Assembly: GCA_003130835.1 (NCBI GenBank)
Contig: QEXX01000004.1
Location: 3,826 to 67,825, forward strand
DNA: 64,000 nucleotides
Direction: 5' to 3'
Source: Anaerolineae bacterium
Lineage (GTDB): Bacteria; Chloroflexota; Anaerolineae; Anaerolineales; UBA4823
This document shows, piece by piece, positions 26,976 to 35,847 of this stretch. Both the position numbers and the translations under genes were made by a program. Position 1 is the first letter of the stretch, and every line of letters starts with the position of its first letter. The notes under the pieces were generated by a model that was given only the letters and a program-made list of their open reading frames with translations, was not told where the DNA came from and did no database searches.

Positions 26976-27476
26976 ATGGCAGCCTTGAAGTATCTATGGT
27001 CTCCTTGGAGAATGAAATATATCCAAAATCACCGCCGCGATGCCGCCTGTATCTTCTGCCTGGCTGCTGCCCAGGCCGATAGCCCAGAAAACTTGATCAT
27101 CAAGCGCGGCGAGGAGGTCTTCGTCATTCTGAATCGATTCCCCTATACGAGCGGTCACCTAATGGTTGTACCGTACCAACACACTGCCGCTTTGGAAGCG
27201 TTGACCCCTGCTTGCCGAGCGGAAATGATGGAGTTGGCAACAGCGTCAATCGAAGTCCTAAAGCGAGTCTATCGGCCACAGGGGTTCAATTTAGGGATGA
27301 ATTTGGGTGAGCCAGCCGGGGCGGGGATTGCTGATCACTTGCACCTGCATATTGTGCCGCGTTGGAGTGGGGACACCAATTTTATGTCGACCGTCGGACA
27401 GGTGAGGGTTTTACCAGAAGAATTAGAAGAGACCTATCGACGTCTAAAGGAGGTGTGGGAGCAAATCGAAGTCTAA
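26976..27476 (+). CDS. HIT family protein (Ap4A phosphorylase / GalT-like branch)
   Basis: HLHLHIVPRW histidine triad. I prefer the ATG at 26976 (MAALKYLWSPWRM). Confidence 0.8.
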   Translation: MAALKYLWSPWRMKYIQNHRRDAACIFCLAAAQADSPENLIIKRGEEVFVILNRFPYTSGHLMVVPYQHTAALEALTPACRAEMMELATASIEVLKRVYRPQGFNLGMNLGEPAGAGIADHLHLHIVPRWSGDTNFMSTVGQVRVLPEELEETYRRLKEVWEQIEV

Positions 27477-27581
27477 GCTGTTTTTTAGCCAATGTATCCT
27501 TTCCTAGAGAGAAGATAACCGAGTGTCGCAGCTTCATTAGTCACTTATCTGATTCGATGGTTTGCCAAAGGAGGAGGACGG

Positions 27582-28790
27582 ATGAAAGCAGAACGAGAGC
27601 AAGCGGTTGTCTTAAGTGCAGTGCGCACGCCAAGTGGGAAATTTCAAGGCAGTTTGAGCGCTTTCACTGCAACGCAATTAGGTGCAACGGTGGTCAAGGA
27701 AGCCGTTCGGAGAGCGAATATCAAGGATCTATCCGAAATTGATGAAGTCTTGATGGGGAATGTGGTTTCTGCCGGTTTGGGGCAAAACCCTGCAAGGCAA
27801 GCGGCAATCTTTGGCGGTTTACCCGAAAGCGTTGGCGCCACAACGATTAACAAAGTGTGTGGGTCGGGCTTGAAAGCGGTGATGTTGGCAGCGCAGGCGA
27901 TTCGCGCCGAAGATGGGCATCTGTTTGTGTGTGGTGGGATGGAGAGCATGAGCCGCGCGCCGTTTTTAGTGCGCGGACGGAGCGGAGAATTGCGCTTTGG
28001 CCATGCTCAATTAGTTGATGCATTGCTGCACGATGGCTTGTGGGATGTTTTTGAAAATTGGGGCATGGGAGATGCAGCAGAATTTATTGCTGAGGAGTGG
28101 AACATCTCCCGCGAGGAAATGGATGCCTTCGCTTTAGAAAGCCATCAAAAAGCAATAGTTGCAATCGATCAGGGGAAATTCAAGGAGGAAATAGTCCCAA
28201 TTGAGATTCCGTCAAAAAAGGGGGCGCCGATCATTTTTGACACTGACGAGACGCCCCGCCGAGATACCTCATTGGAGTCATTAGCAGCTCTCAAGCCGGC
28301 TTTCCGAGCGAGTGGCAAAGTCACGGCAGGAAACTCGCCAGGCTTAAACGATGGGGCAGCCGCATTGGTTGTTGCTTCTCAGAAAAAAGCCGCTCAGCTT
28401 GGCAGTAAGCCCTTGGCACGCATCGTCGATTACGCTCAAGCCGCTGTTGATCCTAAACATCTTTTTATCGCTCCTGCGAAAGCAATCCCCAAGCTATTAG
28501 AAAAGGTGGGGTGGAGCTTGGCGGACGTTGACTTAATTGAACTAAATGAAGCTTTTGCTGCCCAGGTCTTGGCAGATGGAAAAGCCCTAGCTGATCAGGG
28601 TTGGGATTGGCAGAAGGTCAATGTGCACGGCGGTGCCATCGCTCTTGGTCATCCGATCGGCGCCAGCGGGGCGCGGGTGTTAACTACCTTGATTTATGCC
28701 CTCAAAGATCGCCATCTCCAACGCGGCCTTGCTTGTCTTTGTTTAGGAGGGGCTGAAGCCGTGGCTATGGCAATTGAGCTTTTGGAGTGA
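27582..28790 (+). CDS. acetyl-CoA C-acetyltransferase (thiolase II)
   Basis: [56 protein letters not shown]. Confidence 0.9.
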   Translation: MKAEREQAVVLSAVRTPSGKFQGSLSAFTATQLGATVVKEAVRRANIKDLSEIDEVLMGNVVSAGLGQNPARQAAIFGGLPESVGATTINKVCGSGLKAVMLAAQAIRAEDGHLFVCGGMESMSRAPFLVRGRSGELRFGHAQLVDALLHDGLWDVFENWGMGDAAEFIAEEWNISREEMDAFALESHQKAIVAIDQGKFKEEIVPIEIPSKKGAPIIFDTDETPRRDTSLESLAALKPAFRASGKVTAGNSPGLNDGAAALVVASQKKAAQLGSKPLARIVDYAQAAVDPKHLFIAPAKAIPKLLEKVGWSLADVDLIELNEAFAAQVLADGKALADQGWDWQKVNVHGGAIALGHPIGASGARVLTTLIYALKDRHLQRGLACLCLGGAEAVAMAIELLE

Positions 28791-28802
28791 AAGGAGAGCC
28801 AA

Positions 28803-29654
28803 ATGGATGTGGGTGAAATCTACGTGATTGGCGCCGGCACGATGGGCAGCGGCATTGCCCAAGTGGCTGCTATTGCCGGTTACCATACTATCGTTATGGA
28901 CATCATCCCGGAGCAACTAGAAAAAGCAAAGGAAGCCATACAACGTTCGGTTGAAAAATTATTAAGTAAAGGTCAATTAACCGCTGAACAAGCCCAACGG
29001 GTCGAAGCGATCCGCTATGAGAAAGAAATGAAATCGATCGGCTTTGCGGATTTGGTGATCGAGGCGGTGGTGGAAGACCTGAGCACAAAACAAGCCATTT
29101 TTCGGCAAGCCGATGGGCTCTGCCAAGAGAATGCTATTCTTGCATCCAACACCTCTTCAATTTCGATTACCAAAATTGCGTCAGTCACTCGCCGACCGCA
29201 GAAGGTTATTGGGATGCATTTTATGAACCCGGTGCCGCTGATGCGTTTGGTCGAAGTTATCCGCGGCTTCATGACCTCAAATGAGACGCTGCAAACGGTG
29301 ATGGATGTGTGTCGTCAGATGGGAAAAGAACCCATTGAAGCCAACGACTCGCCAGGCTTCATCTCGAATCGCATTCTCTGCCCGATGATCAATGAGGCAA
29401 TTTTTGCTTTACAAGAAGGCGTTGGCACGCGGGAGGCGATTGATGCGGTGATGAGACTTGGGATGAATCATCCCATTGGCCCGCTGGCACTGGCTGACTT
29501 AATTGGCTTGGATGTCGTTCTGGCAGTGATGGAAATCCTCCAACGTGATTTAGGGGAGGATAAATACCGTCCGGCGTATCTATTGCGCAAAATGGTGGCA
29601 GCCGGACATCTGGGAAGGAAGACAGGCCGAGGTTTCTATGAATATGCTTCCTAA
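28803..29654 (+). CDS. hbd: 3-hydroxybutyryl-CoA dehydrogenase
   Basis: VIGAGTMGSGIAQV Rossmann motif, NTSSISIT, HFMNPVP, and the C-terminal GRKTGRGFYEY. Confidence 0.9.
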   Translation: MDVGEIYVIGAGTMGSGIAQVAAIAGYHTIVMDIIPEQLEKAKEAIQRSVEKLLSKGQLTAEQAQRVEAIRYEKEMKSIGFADLVIEAVVEDLSTKQAIFRQADGLCQENAILASNTSSISITKIASVTRRPQKVIGMHFMNPVPLMRLVEVIRGFMTSNETLQTVMDVCRQMGKEPIEANDSPGFISNRILCPMINEAIFALQEGVGTREAIDAVMRLGMNHPIGPLALADLIGLDVVLAVMEILQRDLGEDKYRPAYLLRKMVAAGHLGRKTGRGFYEYAS

Positions 29655-31269
29655 ACAGGATGAAGTTTATGATTTCGTTGTGATCGGCTCCGGGTTTGGC
29701 GGGAGCGTGTCAGCGATGCGGTTAGCCGAAAAAGGCTACCGCGTTTTGGTCATTGAGCGCGGCAAGCGGTTTGAAGATCACGATTTTGCTACAACCAATT
29801 GGAAATTCTGGAAATATCTATGGCTGCCGCCCTTCCGTTGTTTTGGTATTTTGGAGTTGAGCTTTTTCAAGGACGTCTTTGTCCTGCACGGTTGTGGAGT
29901 GGGTGGGGGAAGCTTGGGCTATGCCAATGTCTTGATGGAGCCAGATGACCGATTGTTTGAAAATCCTGCATGGAAAGAATTCGCGGATTGGAAAACCATC
30001 CTGAGACCCTATTATCAGATCGCCAAACGCATGTTGGGAGTGTCCCCCAACCCAAAGCTCTGGCATGCAGATCAACTCTTGCGCGAGATTGCAGCCGAAT
30101 TGGGAATGGAGCATACCTTTCGACCGACCGAAGTCGGCGTGTTGTTTGCTGAGAGCGTAGGAGCAGAGGAAGATCAGGAATTGCAAGACCCTTATTTCGA
30201 TGGCAGAGGCCCGAGGCGACGTACGTGTAAACACTGTGGAGCTTGCATGGTAGGCTGTCGTTACAATGCCAAGAATACCTTAGTGAAAAATTACCTCTGG
30301 TTTGCTGAACAATATGGGGTGCAAATTTTGCCAGAGAGTCAAGTGGTTGACATCCAACCGTTGACGGATCGACCGCCTGCCCGCTATAAGCTGAAGGTTA
30401 AGTCGTCAACGCGATTTTGGCAATCATCCAAGGAGGTTTTTGCCCAAAATGTGGTGGTCTCGGCAGGAACGATCGGGACGCTGAAGTTGCTCCTCTCCTG
30501 TCGGGAGCGTCCCCAATCTCTGCCCAAACTCTCGCCACGCTTGGGGGAGAACGTGCGTACAAATAGCGAATCGTTGCTCGGTGCGGTGAGCCGCACCAAA
30601 GCCGTTGATTATTCGCAAGGCATTGCCATCACTTCGATTTTCCAAGCCGATGCTGTTACAGCAGTTGAGCCGGTGCGCTACCCAGCCGGTTCGTCTTTAA
30701 TGCGCTTTCTCAGCGCGCCATTGGTCGGTGGGCAAAAGCCGCTCTTTTTCCGCCTGTTGGAGTCGCTTTTGCTCCTGCTTACTCATCCACTTGAGACCTT
30801 GCGAGCTTATGTTCTGCCGGGTTGGGCGCGGCGCACAACCATCCTGCTGGTGATGCAAACCGAAGACAGCCGCTTGCGCTTGAAGCTGGGCAGGCATCTG
30901 TTTACCGGCTTCCGCAAAGGATTGGTCTCGGATAGCCGCGGAGAAACCGTTCAAGGGATTAGCCGGATTGGGGAATGGGTGACGCGGCGCTTTGCCGAGA
31001 AAGCCAATGCCGCGCCGGCCGGCGCCGTCAACGAGAGCTTCCTTAATACCCCCATGACAGCGCATCTCTTGGGTGGTGTGCCTTTTGGCAGGAACAGCGA
31101 AGAAGGCGTGATTGGCTTAGACTGTCAGGTGCATGGTTATCCTGGCTTATATGTGGTCGATGGTTCCATCGTACCGGCAAATCCGGGTGTCAACCCCAGT
31201 TTGACCATCACTGCTTTGGCGGAATACGCAATGGCGCAAATTCCCCCCAAGCAAGACGCAATGGCGTAG
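29638..31269 (+). CDS. GMC family FAD-dependent oxidoreductase (cholesterol-oxidase / alcohol-oxidase-like)
   Basis: DFVVIGSGFGGSVSAMRLAEKGYRVLVIERG FAD motif. C-terminal HLLGG...VVDGSIVPANPGVNPSLTITALAE. 17-nt overlap with hbd. Confidence 0.8.
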   Translation: MNMLPKQDEVYDFVVIGSGFGGSVSAMRLAEKGYRVLVIERGKRFEDHDFATTNWKFWKYLWLPPFRCFGILELSFFKDVFVLHGCGVGGGSLGYANVLMEPDDRLFENPAWKEFADWKTILRPYYQIAKRMLGVSPNPKLWHADQLLREIAAELGMEHTFRPTEVGVLFAESVGAEEDQELQDPYFDGRGPRRRTCKHCGACMVGCRYNAKNTLVKNYLWFAEQYGVQILPESQVVDIQPLTDRPPARYKLKVKSSTRFWQSSKEVFAQNVVVSAGTIGTLKLLLSCRERPQSLPKLSPRLGENVRTNSESLLGAVSRTKAVDYSQGIAITSIFQADAVTAVEPVRYPAGSSLMRFLSAPLVGGQKPLFFRLLESLLLLLTHPLETLRAYVLPGWARRTTILLVMQTEDSRLRLKLGRHLFTGFRKGLVSDSRGETVQGISRIGEWVTRRFAEKANAAPAGAVNESFLNTPMTAHLLGGVPFGRNSEEGVIGLDCQVHGYPGLYVVDGSIVPANPGVNPSLTITALAEYAMAQIPPKQDAMA

Positions 31270-31432
31270 GCTCGCTTTGTGTCGAGGAAGCTGTTATAAA
31301 TAAATAAGCGAGTTGAGGGTCACACCAAACCAAACGAGGCTGGGCTATGCGGTGGTAGTCAAGGTAGGGTTTATCTTCGCCTTGACCACCTAACCGATAG
31401 CCCTTTATTATCCTCGCCCAAGGTTGACTCGA

Positions 31433-31879
31433 TTAACCTTGAAAGCCTGTGCTGAGGATGTAATTTTCTAAACCACGGATTTCGTTTTCAAGGTTTGCAA
31501 CTGCTGCTTCCATCACATCCCGTAAAGAAAGGATGCCCACCATTTGATTGTTCTCGACTACTGGTAAGTGGCGGATATGGAATTGTTTCATCAGTGCCAA
31601 ACATTGGTCAACGGTTGTCTTAGGGGTGACGGTAACCATCTTTTCGACCATGACTTCCCGGATGGGAGTCTCTTTGGCTGTTCTATTGAGCAGTTCTCCC
31701 TTGCGGGCATAATCTCGCTCAGTAAAGATGCCGACCACTTTATCGCCCTCCATGACCATCACTGCGCCAATATTGGCTTCTGCCATGACTTTCAGTGCCT
31801 CTAACACTGTGGCGTCCGCAGCAACACTATAGTTCGGACGCTTTCCCTTTGCTTCCAGTAGATCTTTGACGGTGTTCAT
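31433..31879 (-). CDS. CBS domain pair protein
   Basis: Two CBS repeats (..VMVMEGDKVVGIFTERD.. and ..HLPVVENNQMVGILSLRDV..). I chose the ATG at 31879 because it has an AAGGAGG SD. Confidence 0.8.
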   Translation of the reverse strand: MNTVKDLLEAKGKRPNYSVAADATVLEALKVMAEANIGAVMVMEGDKVVGIFTERDYARKGELLNRTAKETPIREVMVEKMVTVTPKTTVDQCLALMKQFHIRHLPVVENNQMVGILSLRDVMEAAVANLENEIRGLENYILSTGFQG

Positions 31880-31909
31880 CGGTTTACCTCCTTTGCTGCA
31901 CAAAAAACT

Positions 31910-33349
31910 TCATTCTGCCAAATACTTTTCTAGGATCGAACGCGCAAGCTGGGCATCCGCTTTTCCTTGGGTTTGTTTCATCACCTGACCGACGAACCAT
32001 CCCAACAGTCCAGTCTTACCTTTGCGGTAGTTTGCCACTTGTTCAGGATTATCGGTGATTAATTGTGCAATTAGGCGTTCTAAAGCCTCGGCATCGCTCA
32101 CTTTGGCTAAGCCTTCTTCGGACACGATCGCCGCCGGCTCTTTGCCACTGCTCTGTACCTTATCTAAAAGGGCCTTGGCAGTGGTATTGTTGATGGTGCC
32201 ATCATCCACCATGCGGATGATTTGGGCAAGGTAGGTGGGCGTTATTTTCAATTCTACAGCAGAGATGGCTAGATCGTTGAGGATGCGCAGGAGATCATTG
32301 ATGATCCAGTTGGAGACACGCTTTGGATCACCTTGGTAAGCGCTTAGGGCAGCTTCATAATACTCGGATAACGAGCGTTCCGTGGTGAGGATATCGGCGT
32401 CATACACTGGCAAACCGTATTGCGCCACAAAACGCGCCCTTCGTTGGAGCGGAAGTTCTGGCAGGGTACTGAGCACCTCGTTTTTCCATTGTTCATCGAT
32501 TTCTAAGGAGAGCAAGTCTGGTTCGCGAAAATAGCGGTAATCGGCTTCGGTTTCTTTTGAGCGCATTTTACGCAAGATGCCGCTCTCTTCATCCCATTCC
32601 AGTGTCCAGGATTCAATTGGGTGACCAGCTTGCACTTCGCGAATTTGACGTTGCACTTCGGTTTGGATGGATTCGCGAATAGCTACAATAGAATTGACGT
32701 TTTTAATTTCTGTTTTGGGGTTTAGGATCGAAGTGCCTTTTGGACGAATCGAGACATTGGCGTCGCAGCGCAAATGGCCCTTTTCCATATCGGCTTCCGA
32801 AACGCCGATCCAGCGCAATAATTGACGTAAGCGCAGGATATATTGAGCCGCTTCATCTGCCGAATGCAGATCGGGCCCGGTGACCATTTCCACTAGAGGA
32901 ACACCGCAGCGATTAAAATCAATTAGTCTTCTCCCGAAGTCGTTTTTTGTCTTACCGGCATCTTCCTCTAAGTGCATTTTATGGATGGTGACCTTGCGTT
33001 CTGTGCCGTCCGGCATGGGAAAGACGAGATAACCGCCCCGCGCAATAGGCAGGTTATATTGGCTGATTTGATACCCTTTGGGGAGATCGGGGTAGAAGTA
33101 ATTCTTGCGGTCGAAGTAAGAGATAGGTTGAATCTCGGCGTTCATGGCAGCAGCGAGCAGCATGGCTTTTTCAACCGCAGCTTTGTTAAGCACTGGCAAC
33201 ACACCTGGTAGGCCGGTGCAGACGGGACAAATGTTCGTATTGGGTGGGTCGTTCCACGAATCGGCTTTGCAGGAGCAGAAGATTTTGGTCAAGGTATTGA
33301 GTTGAATATGGGTTTCCAACCCGATTACCGCTTCGTATTCTATCGTCAT
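31910..33349 (-). CDS. gatB: Asp-tRNA(Asn)/Glu-tRNA(Gln) amidotransferase subunit B
   Basis: YEAVIGLETHIQLNT..KIFC, the CPVCTGLPGVLPV zinc site, and a C-terminal YqeY-like tail. I chose the ATG at 33349 because it has a GAGAGG SD. Confidence 0.9.
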   Translation of the reverse strand: MTIEYEAVIGLETHIQLNTLTKIFCSCKADSWNDPPNTNICPVCTGLPGVLPVLNKAAVEKAMLLAAAMNAEIQPISYFDRKNYFYPDLPKGYQISQYNLPIARGGYLVFPMPDGTERKVTIHKMHLEEDAGKTKNDFGRRLIDFNRCGVPLVEMVTGPDLHSADEAAQYILRLRQLLRWIGVSEADMEKGHLRCDANVSIRPKGTSILNPKTEIKNVNSIVAIRESIQTEVQRQIREVQAGHPIESWTLEWDEESGILRKMRSKETEADYRYFREPDLLSLEIDEQWKNEVLSTLPELPLQRRARFVAQYGLPVYDADILTTERSLSEYYEAALSAYQGDPKRVSNWIINDLLRILNDLAISAVELKITPTYLAQIIRMVDDGTINNTTAKALLDKVQSSGKEPAAIVSEEGLAKVSDAEALERLIAQLITDNPEQVANYRKGKTGLLGWFVGQVMKQTQGKADAQLARSILEKYLAE

Positions 33350-33362
33350 GCTCAAATGCCTC

Positions 33363-33606
33363 TCAGTTGGGGAGATTCTTTTGGCTGAGTTCACGCAGCG
33401 CGTCTTTTGCATTCCAGCGAGCTGCCTTAGAGTCTAAATTTGTCATCTGTTGGGCGACCTCGATCGCTTTCTGTTGTAGGTGGCGATTGCGCTTTCCAAT
33501 TTGGCGCAAAGCCCATAGGATTGATCCCAAAGCGAGCCATCCAAGCTACATTTTGAGGGTTGGCGTTTTGGTGCAAGATAGAGAGGATTTCATCGAGTTT
33601 ATTCAT
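33363..33606 (-). pseudogene. deletion/frameshift relic of a DNA alkylation repair (HEAT-repeat, AlkD-like family) gene
   Basis: Frame A encodes MNKLDEILSILHQNANPQNVAWMARFGINPMG, which resembles the N-terminus of that family. From 33512 the +1 frame encodes ALRQIGKRNRHLQQKAIEVAQQMTNLDSKAARWNAKDALRELSQKNLPN, which resembles the family C-terminus. About 150 residues of the central part are missing. Confidence 0.5.
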
Positions 33607-35189
33607 ACGTTCCGTAATATTGGGGGAAGTCTCTTGCGCCATTGATCACTTTCGGTAACTAGCTCGTAATTGCGTGCGAGGCGCAAGAGCTGATCTTCGG
33701 AAAAGTCTGGGCCGATGAGTTGCGCTCCAAAGGGCAACCCCTCTGAATCAAATCCGCAGGGAAAAGAAAGGGCGGGCAGGCCGGCATGGTTGGCTGCAAC
33801 AGTGAGCTGATCGGCAAATTGCATCAAGACCGAATCGCCATAAACTTGGGCGATGGGGAAGGCTGTGGTTGGAGTGGTTGGGGTCAATAATGCGTGTAGC
33901 CGATATTTGCCGTTCGGGTCAAAGATGACCTCGAAATCGCGGCGAATCAGGGTGCGCACCCGCAAGGCTCGCAGGTAGTATTGTTCACTGTACTGGGCAG
34001 CGCTGACATACATGCCCATCAAAATCCGCAGTTTAGGTTGTAAGCCAAAGCCTTCGCCGCGCGTTTTGCGGTACATCTCGCGTAGGTCGTTGACCGCCTG
34101 CTGGGTGCGGTAACCGTACTTGACGCCGTCATAGCGATGCAAATTCGAGGCAGCTTCTACCCGCGAGATGACAAAATAGGCTGGAATGCTATACTTGGTG
34201 TGAGGCATGGGAATTTCTTCAACGATATCGGCGCCCATTTCAGCTAATCTGCCTGCCACGCGATAGATAGCTTGCCGATAATCGTCTGGAATGGGTTGCT
34301 GATCTAATTCGCCGCTCTCTGCATCGACATAGGTAATGCGAAAGTAGTCTGGGGATAAGCCGATACGCATCCCCTTGATGGGTTTTTCTAAGTCGGTGAC
34401 ATAGTCTGGAACGGGGAGGTTGGCTGTGGTTGAATCGTGCGGGTCAACACCGCTCATGATTTGCAATAACAGGGCAGCATCGCTGACATTGCGTGCCAAG
34501 GGCCCTGGACAATCGAGAGAGGAACCGAAGGCAATCAAACCATAGCGTGAGACGCGGCCGTAAGTGGGTTTGACGCCGACGACCCCACAAAAAGCGGCAG
34601 GCTGGCGGATGGAACCGGCCGTGTCGGTGCCGATGGAGAGGCAACCTTCCCCGGCTGCTACGGCAGCAGCGCTGCCACCGGAAGAACCACCTGGCACACG
34701 GGAGGTATTCCATGGGTTGCGCGGACTGGGCTGGAAGGCGCTGGATTCATTGGATGAGCCAAAGGTAAATTCATCGAGGTTGACTTTTCCCAACAGTATT
34801 CCACCCGCTTGCTCTACCCGCGCAACTGGAGTGGCTGTGTAAGGAGCGACGAAGTTCGAGAGGATTTTCGAGCCAGCCGTCGAGAGCGTATCTGCGACGC
34901 AGAAGATATCCTTGACCGTGAAAGGCACACCCGCTAATGGACCCACTTCTTCGCCTGCTTGGATGGCTTGATCGATCTGTTGCGCCTGACGACGGGCGCG
35001 TTCTGCCGTCAGGCTAATGAATGCATGGATTTTGTCCGGTTCAGCGTTTCGGTCTCCCTCTATTTGACCGGGCATGCCATCCACGGCGTTAATCCGCCTC
35101 AGCGTGCTTTCCAGCACTTCGCAGGCAGAGACTTGTTTGCGCTTGATCATCCAAACCAGTTGATAGGCTGCGTAATCACATAAGTCCAT
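33603..35189 (-). CDS. gatA: Asp-tRNA(Asn)/Glu-tRNA(Gln) amidotransferase subunit A
   Basis: Amidase signature GGSSGGSAAAVAAG...GTDTAGSIRQPAAFCGVVGVKPTYGRVSRYG. At 528 aa it is somewhat longer than typical GatA. Confidence 0.9.
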   Translation of the reverse strand: MDLCDYAAYQLVWMIKRKQVSACEVLESTLRRINAVDGMPGQIEGDRNAEPDKIHAFISLTAERARRQAQQIDQAIQAGEEVGPLAGVPFTVKDIFCVADTLSTAGSKILSNFVAPYTATPVARVEQAGGILLGKVNLDEFTFGSSNESSAFQPSPRNPWNTSRVPGGSSGGSAAAVAAGEGCLSIGTDTAGSIRQPAAFCGVVGVKPTYGRVSRYGLIAFGSSLDCPGPLARNVSDAALLLQIMSGVDPHDSTTANLPVPDYVTDLEKPIKGMRIGLSPDYFRITYVDAESGELDQQPIPDDYRQAIYRVAGRLAEMGADIVEEIPMPHTKYSIPAYFVISRVEAASNLHRYDGVKYGYRTQQAVNDLREMYRKTRGEGFGLQPKLRILMGMYVSAAQYSEQYYLRALRVRTLIRRDFEVIFDPNGKYRLHALLTPTTPTTAFPIAQVYGDSVLMQFADQLTVAANHAGLPALSFPCGFDSEGLPFGAQLIGPDFSEDQLLRLARNYELVTESDQWRKRLPPILRNV

Positions 35190-35192
35190 AAC

Positions 35193-35504
35193 TTATTCCA
35201 AATCTTGATGGGGGATATCGGGGACGACAATGTAGCGTTCATCTACTTCAGGAGCTTGATTTAAAATTGCCTCAGCGTATGGGCTGGGAATCCATTCATC
35301 TTCGCGAATCGGGGGGCGAATTTCGGCAGTATAGCTGACTCCGTGTAGTGCAGGCGGGATAGACGCCTGCACAGGGATGGCTACTAACTCTTGCAGGGCT
35401 TTCAGTTGCTGATTCAATTGTTGACGCAGATATTCGGCTTCAGGAGGAGAAAGTTCTAAGGCAGCTAATTCGACAAGGTGGTCAAACAACTCGGGTGTGA
35501 TCAT
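35193..35504 (-). CDS. gatC: Asp-tRNA(Asn)/Glu-tRNA(Gln) amidotransferase subunit C
   Basis: 103 aa, 3 nt upstream of gatA, with a helical N-terminus (FDHLVELAALELSPPEAEYLRQQLNQ) typical of GatC. Confidence 0.85.
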   Translation of the reverse strand: MITPELFDHLVELAALELSPPEAEYLRQQLNQQLKALQELVAIPVQASIPPALHGVSYTAEIRPPIREDEWIPSPYAEAILNQAPEVDERYIVVPDIPHQDLE

Positions 35505-35531
35505 CCGTTGGGCTTCTCCTTTCCTGAGGAG

Positions 35532-35559
35532 AGTATATCCTAGTTTTTAATCCTGTCAA
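35532..35559 (-). promoter_or_regulatory. sigma70-type promoter for gatCAB
   Basis: On the minus strand: TTGACA (35559-35554), a 16-nt spacer, TATACT (35537-35532), followed by an AGGAAAGGAGAAG SD. Confidence 0.55.
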
Positions 35560-35797
35560 TGCGAACAGGGGAAATGTTCTTTGGAGCTTTGGCTAGGTGA
35601 AGCAAAGATTTGCGGGACAAGCCGGGGCGGCGTTGCATAGAGTTAAACAAAGTATTGCATCATGGGTATCGAACTTCATCCAATTTTAGCTAGCCATGCG
35701 TCTGTTTGCTAGGTAGGCGCAACTTGAGTTGATAGGATCGAGGCAAGAGATTTTTTGATTCGTTATGAGAGGTTAGGGAGGCTGGTTTTTTTGCCCG

Positions 35798-35806
35798 TGC
35801 TATAAT
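35798..35806 (+). promoter_or_regulatory. extended -10 promoter element upstream of the acyl-CoA dehydrogenase gene
   Basis: TGCTATAAT (TGnTATAAT) lies 42 nt upstream of the ATG. No good -35 element. Confidence 0.45.
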
Positions 35807-35847
35807 CCATTTGTGGGAGTTTTATTCTAGCTTTTCAGGAGGACAAA

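Noticed and set aside
31351-31390. Imperfect hairpin (GGTGG-TAG-TCAAGG ... CCTTGA-CCACC) between the convergent GMC and CBS genes
   Set aside because: It could be a bidirectional terminator, but it has a bulged stem, a 14-nt loop and no flanking U/A tracts. Too weak to call.
33603-35189. GatA being about 40 aa longer than typical, as a possible novelty
   Set aside because: The extra length is spread over short insertions (for example around GMPGQIEGDRNAEPDK and RITYVDAESGELDQQPIPDDY) with all catalytic motifs intact. This is probably lineage-typical variation.
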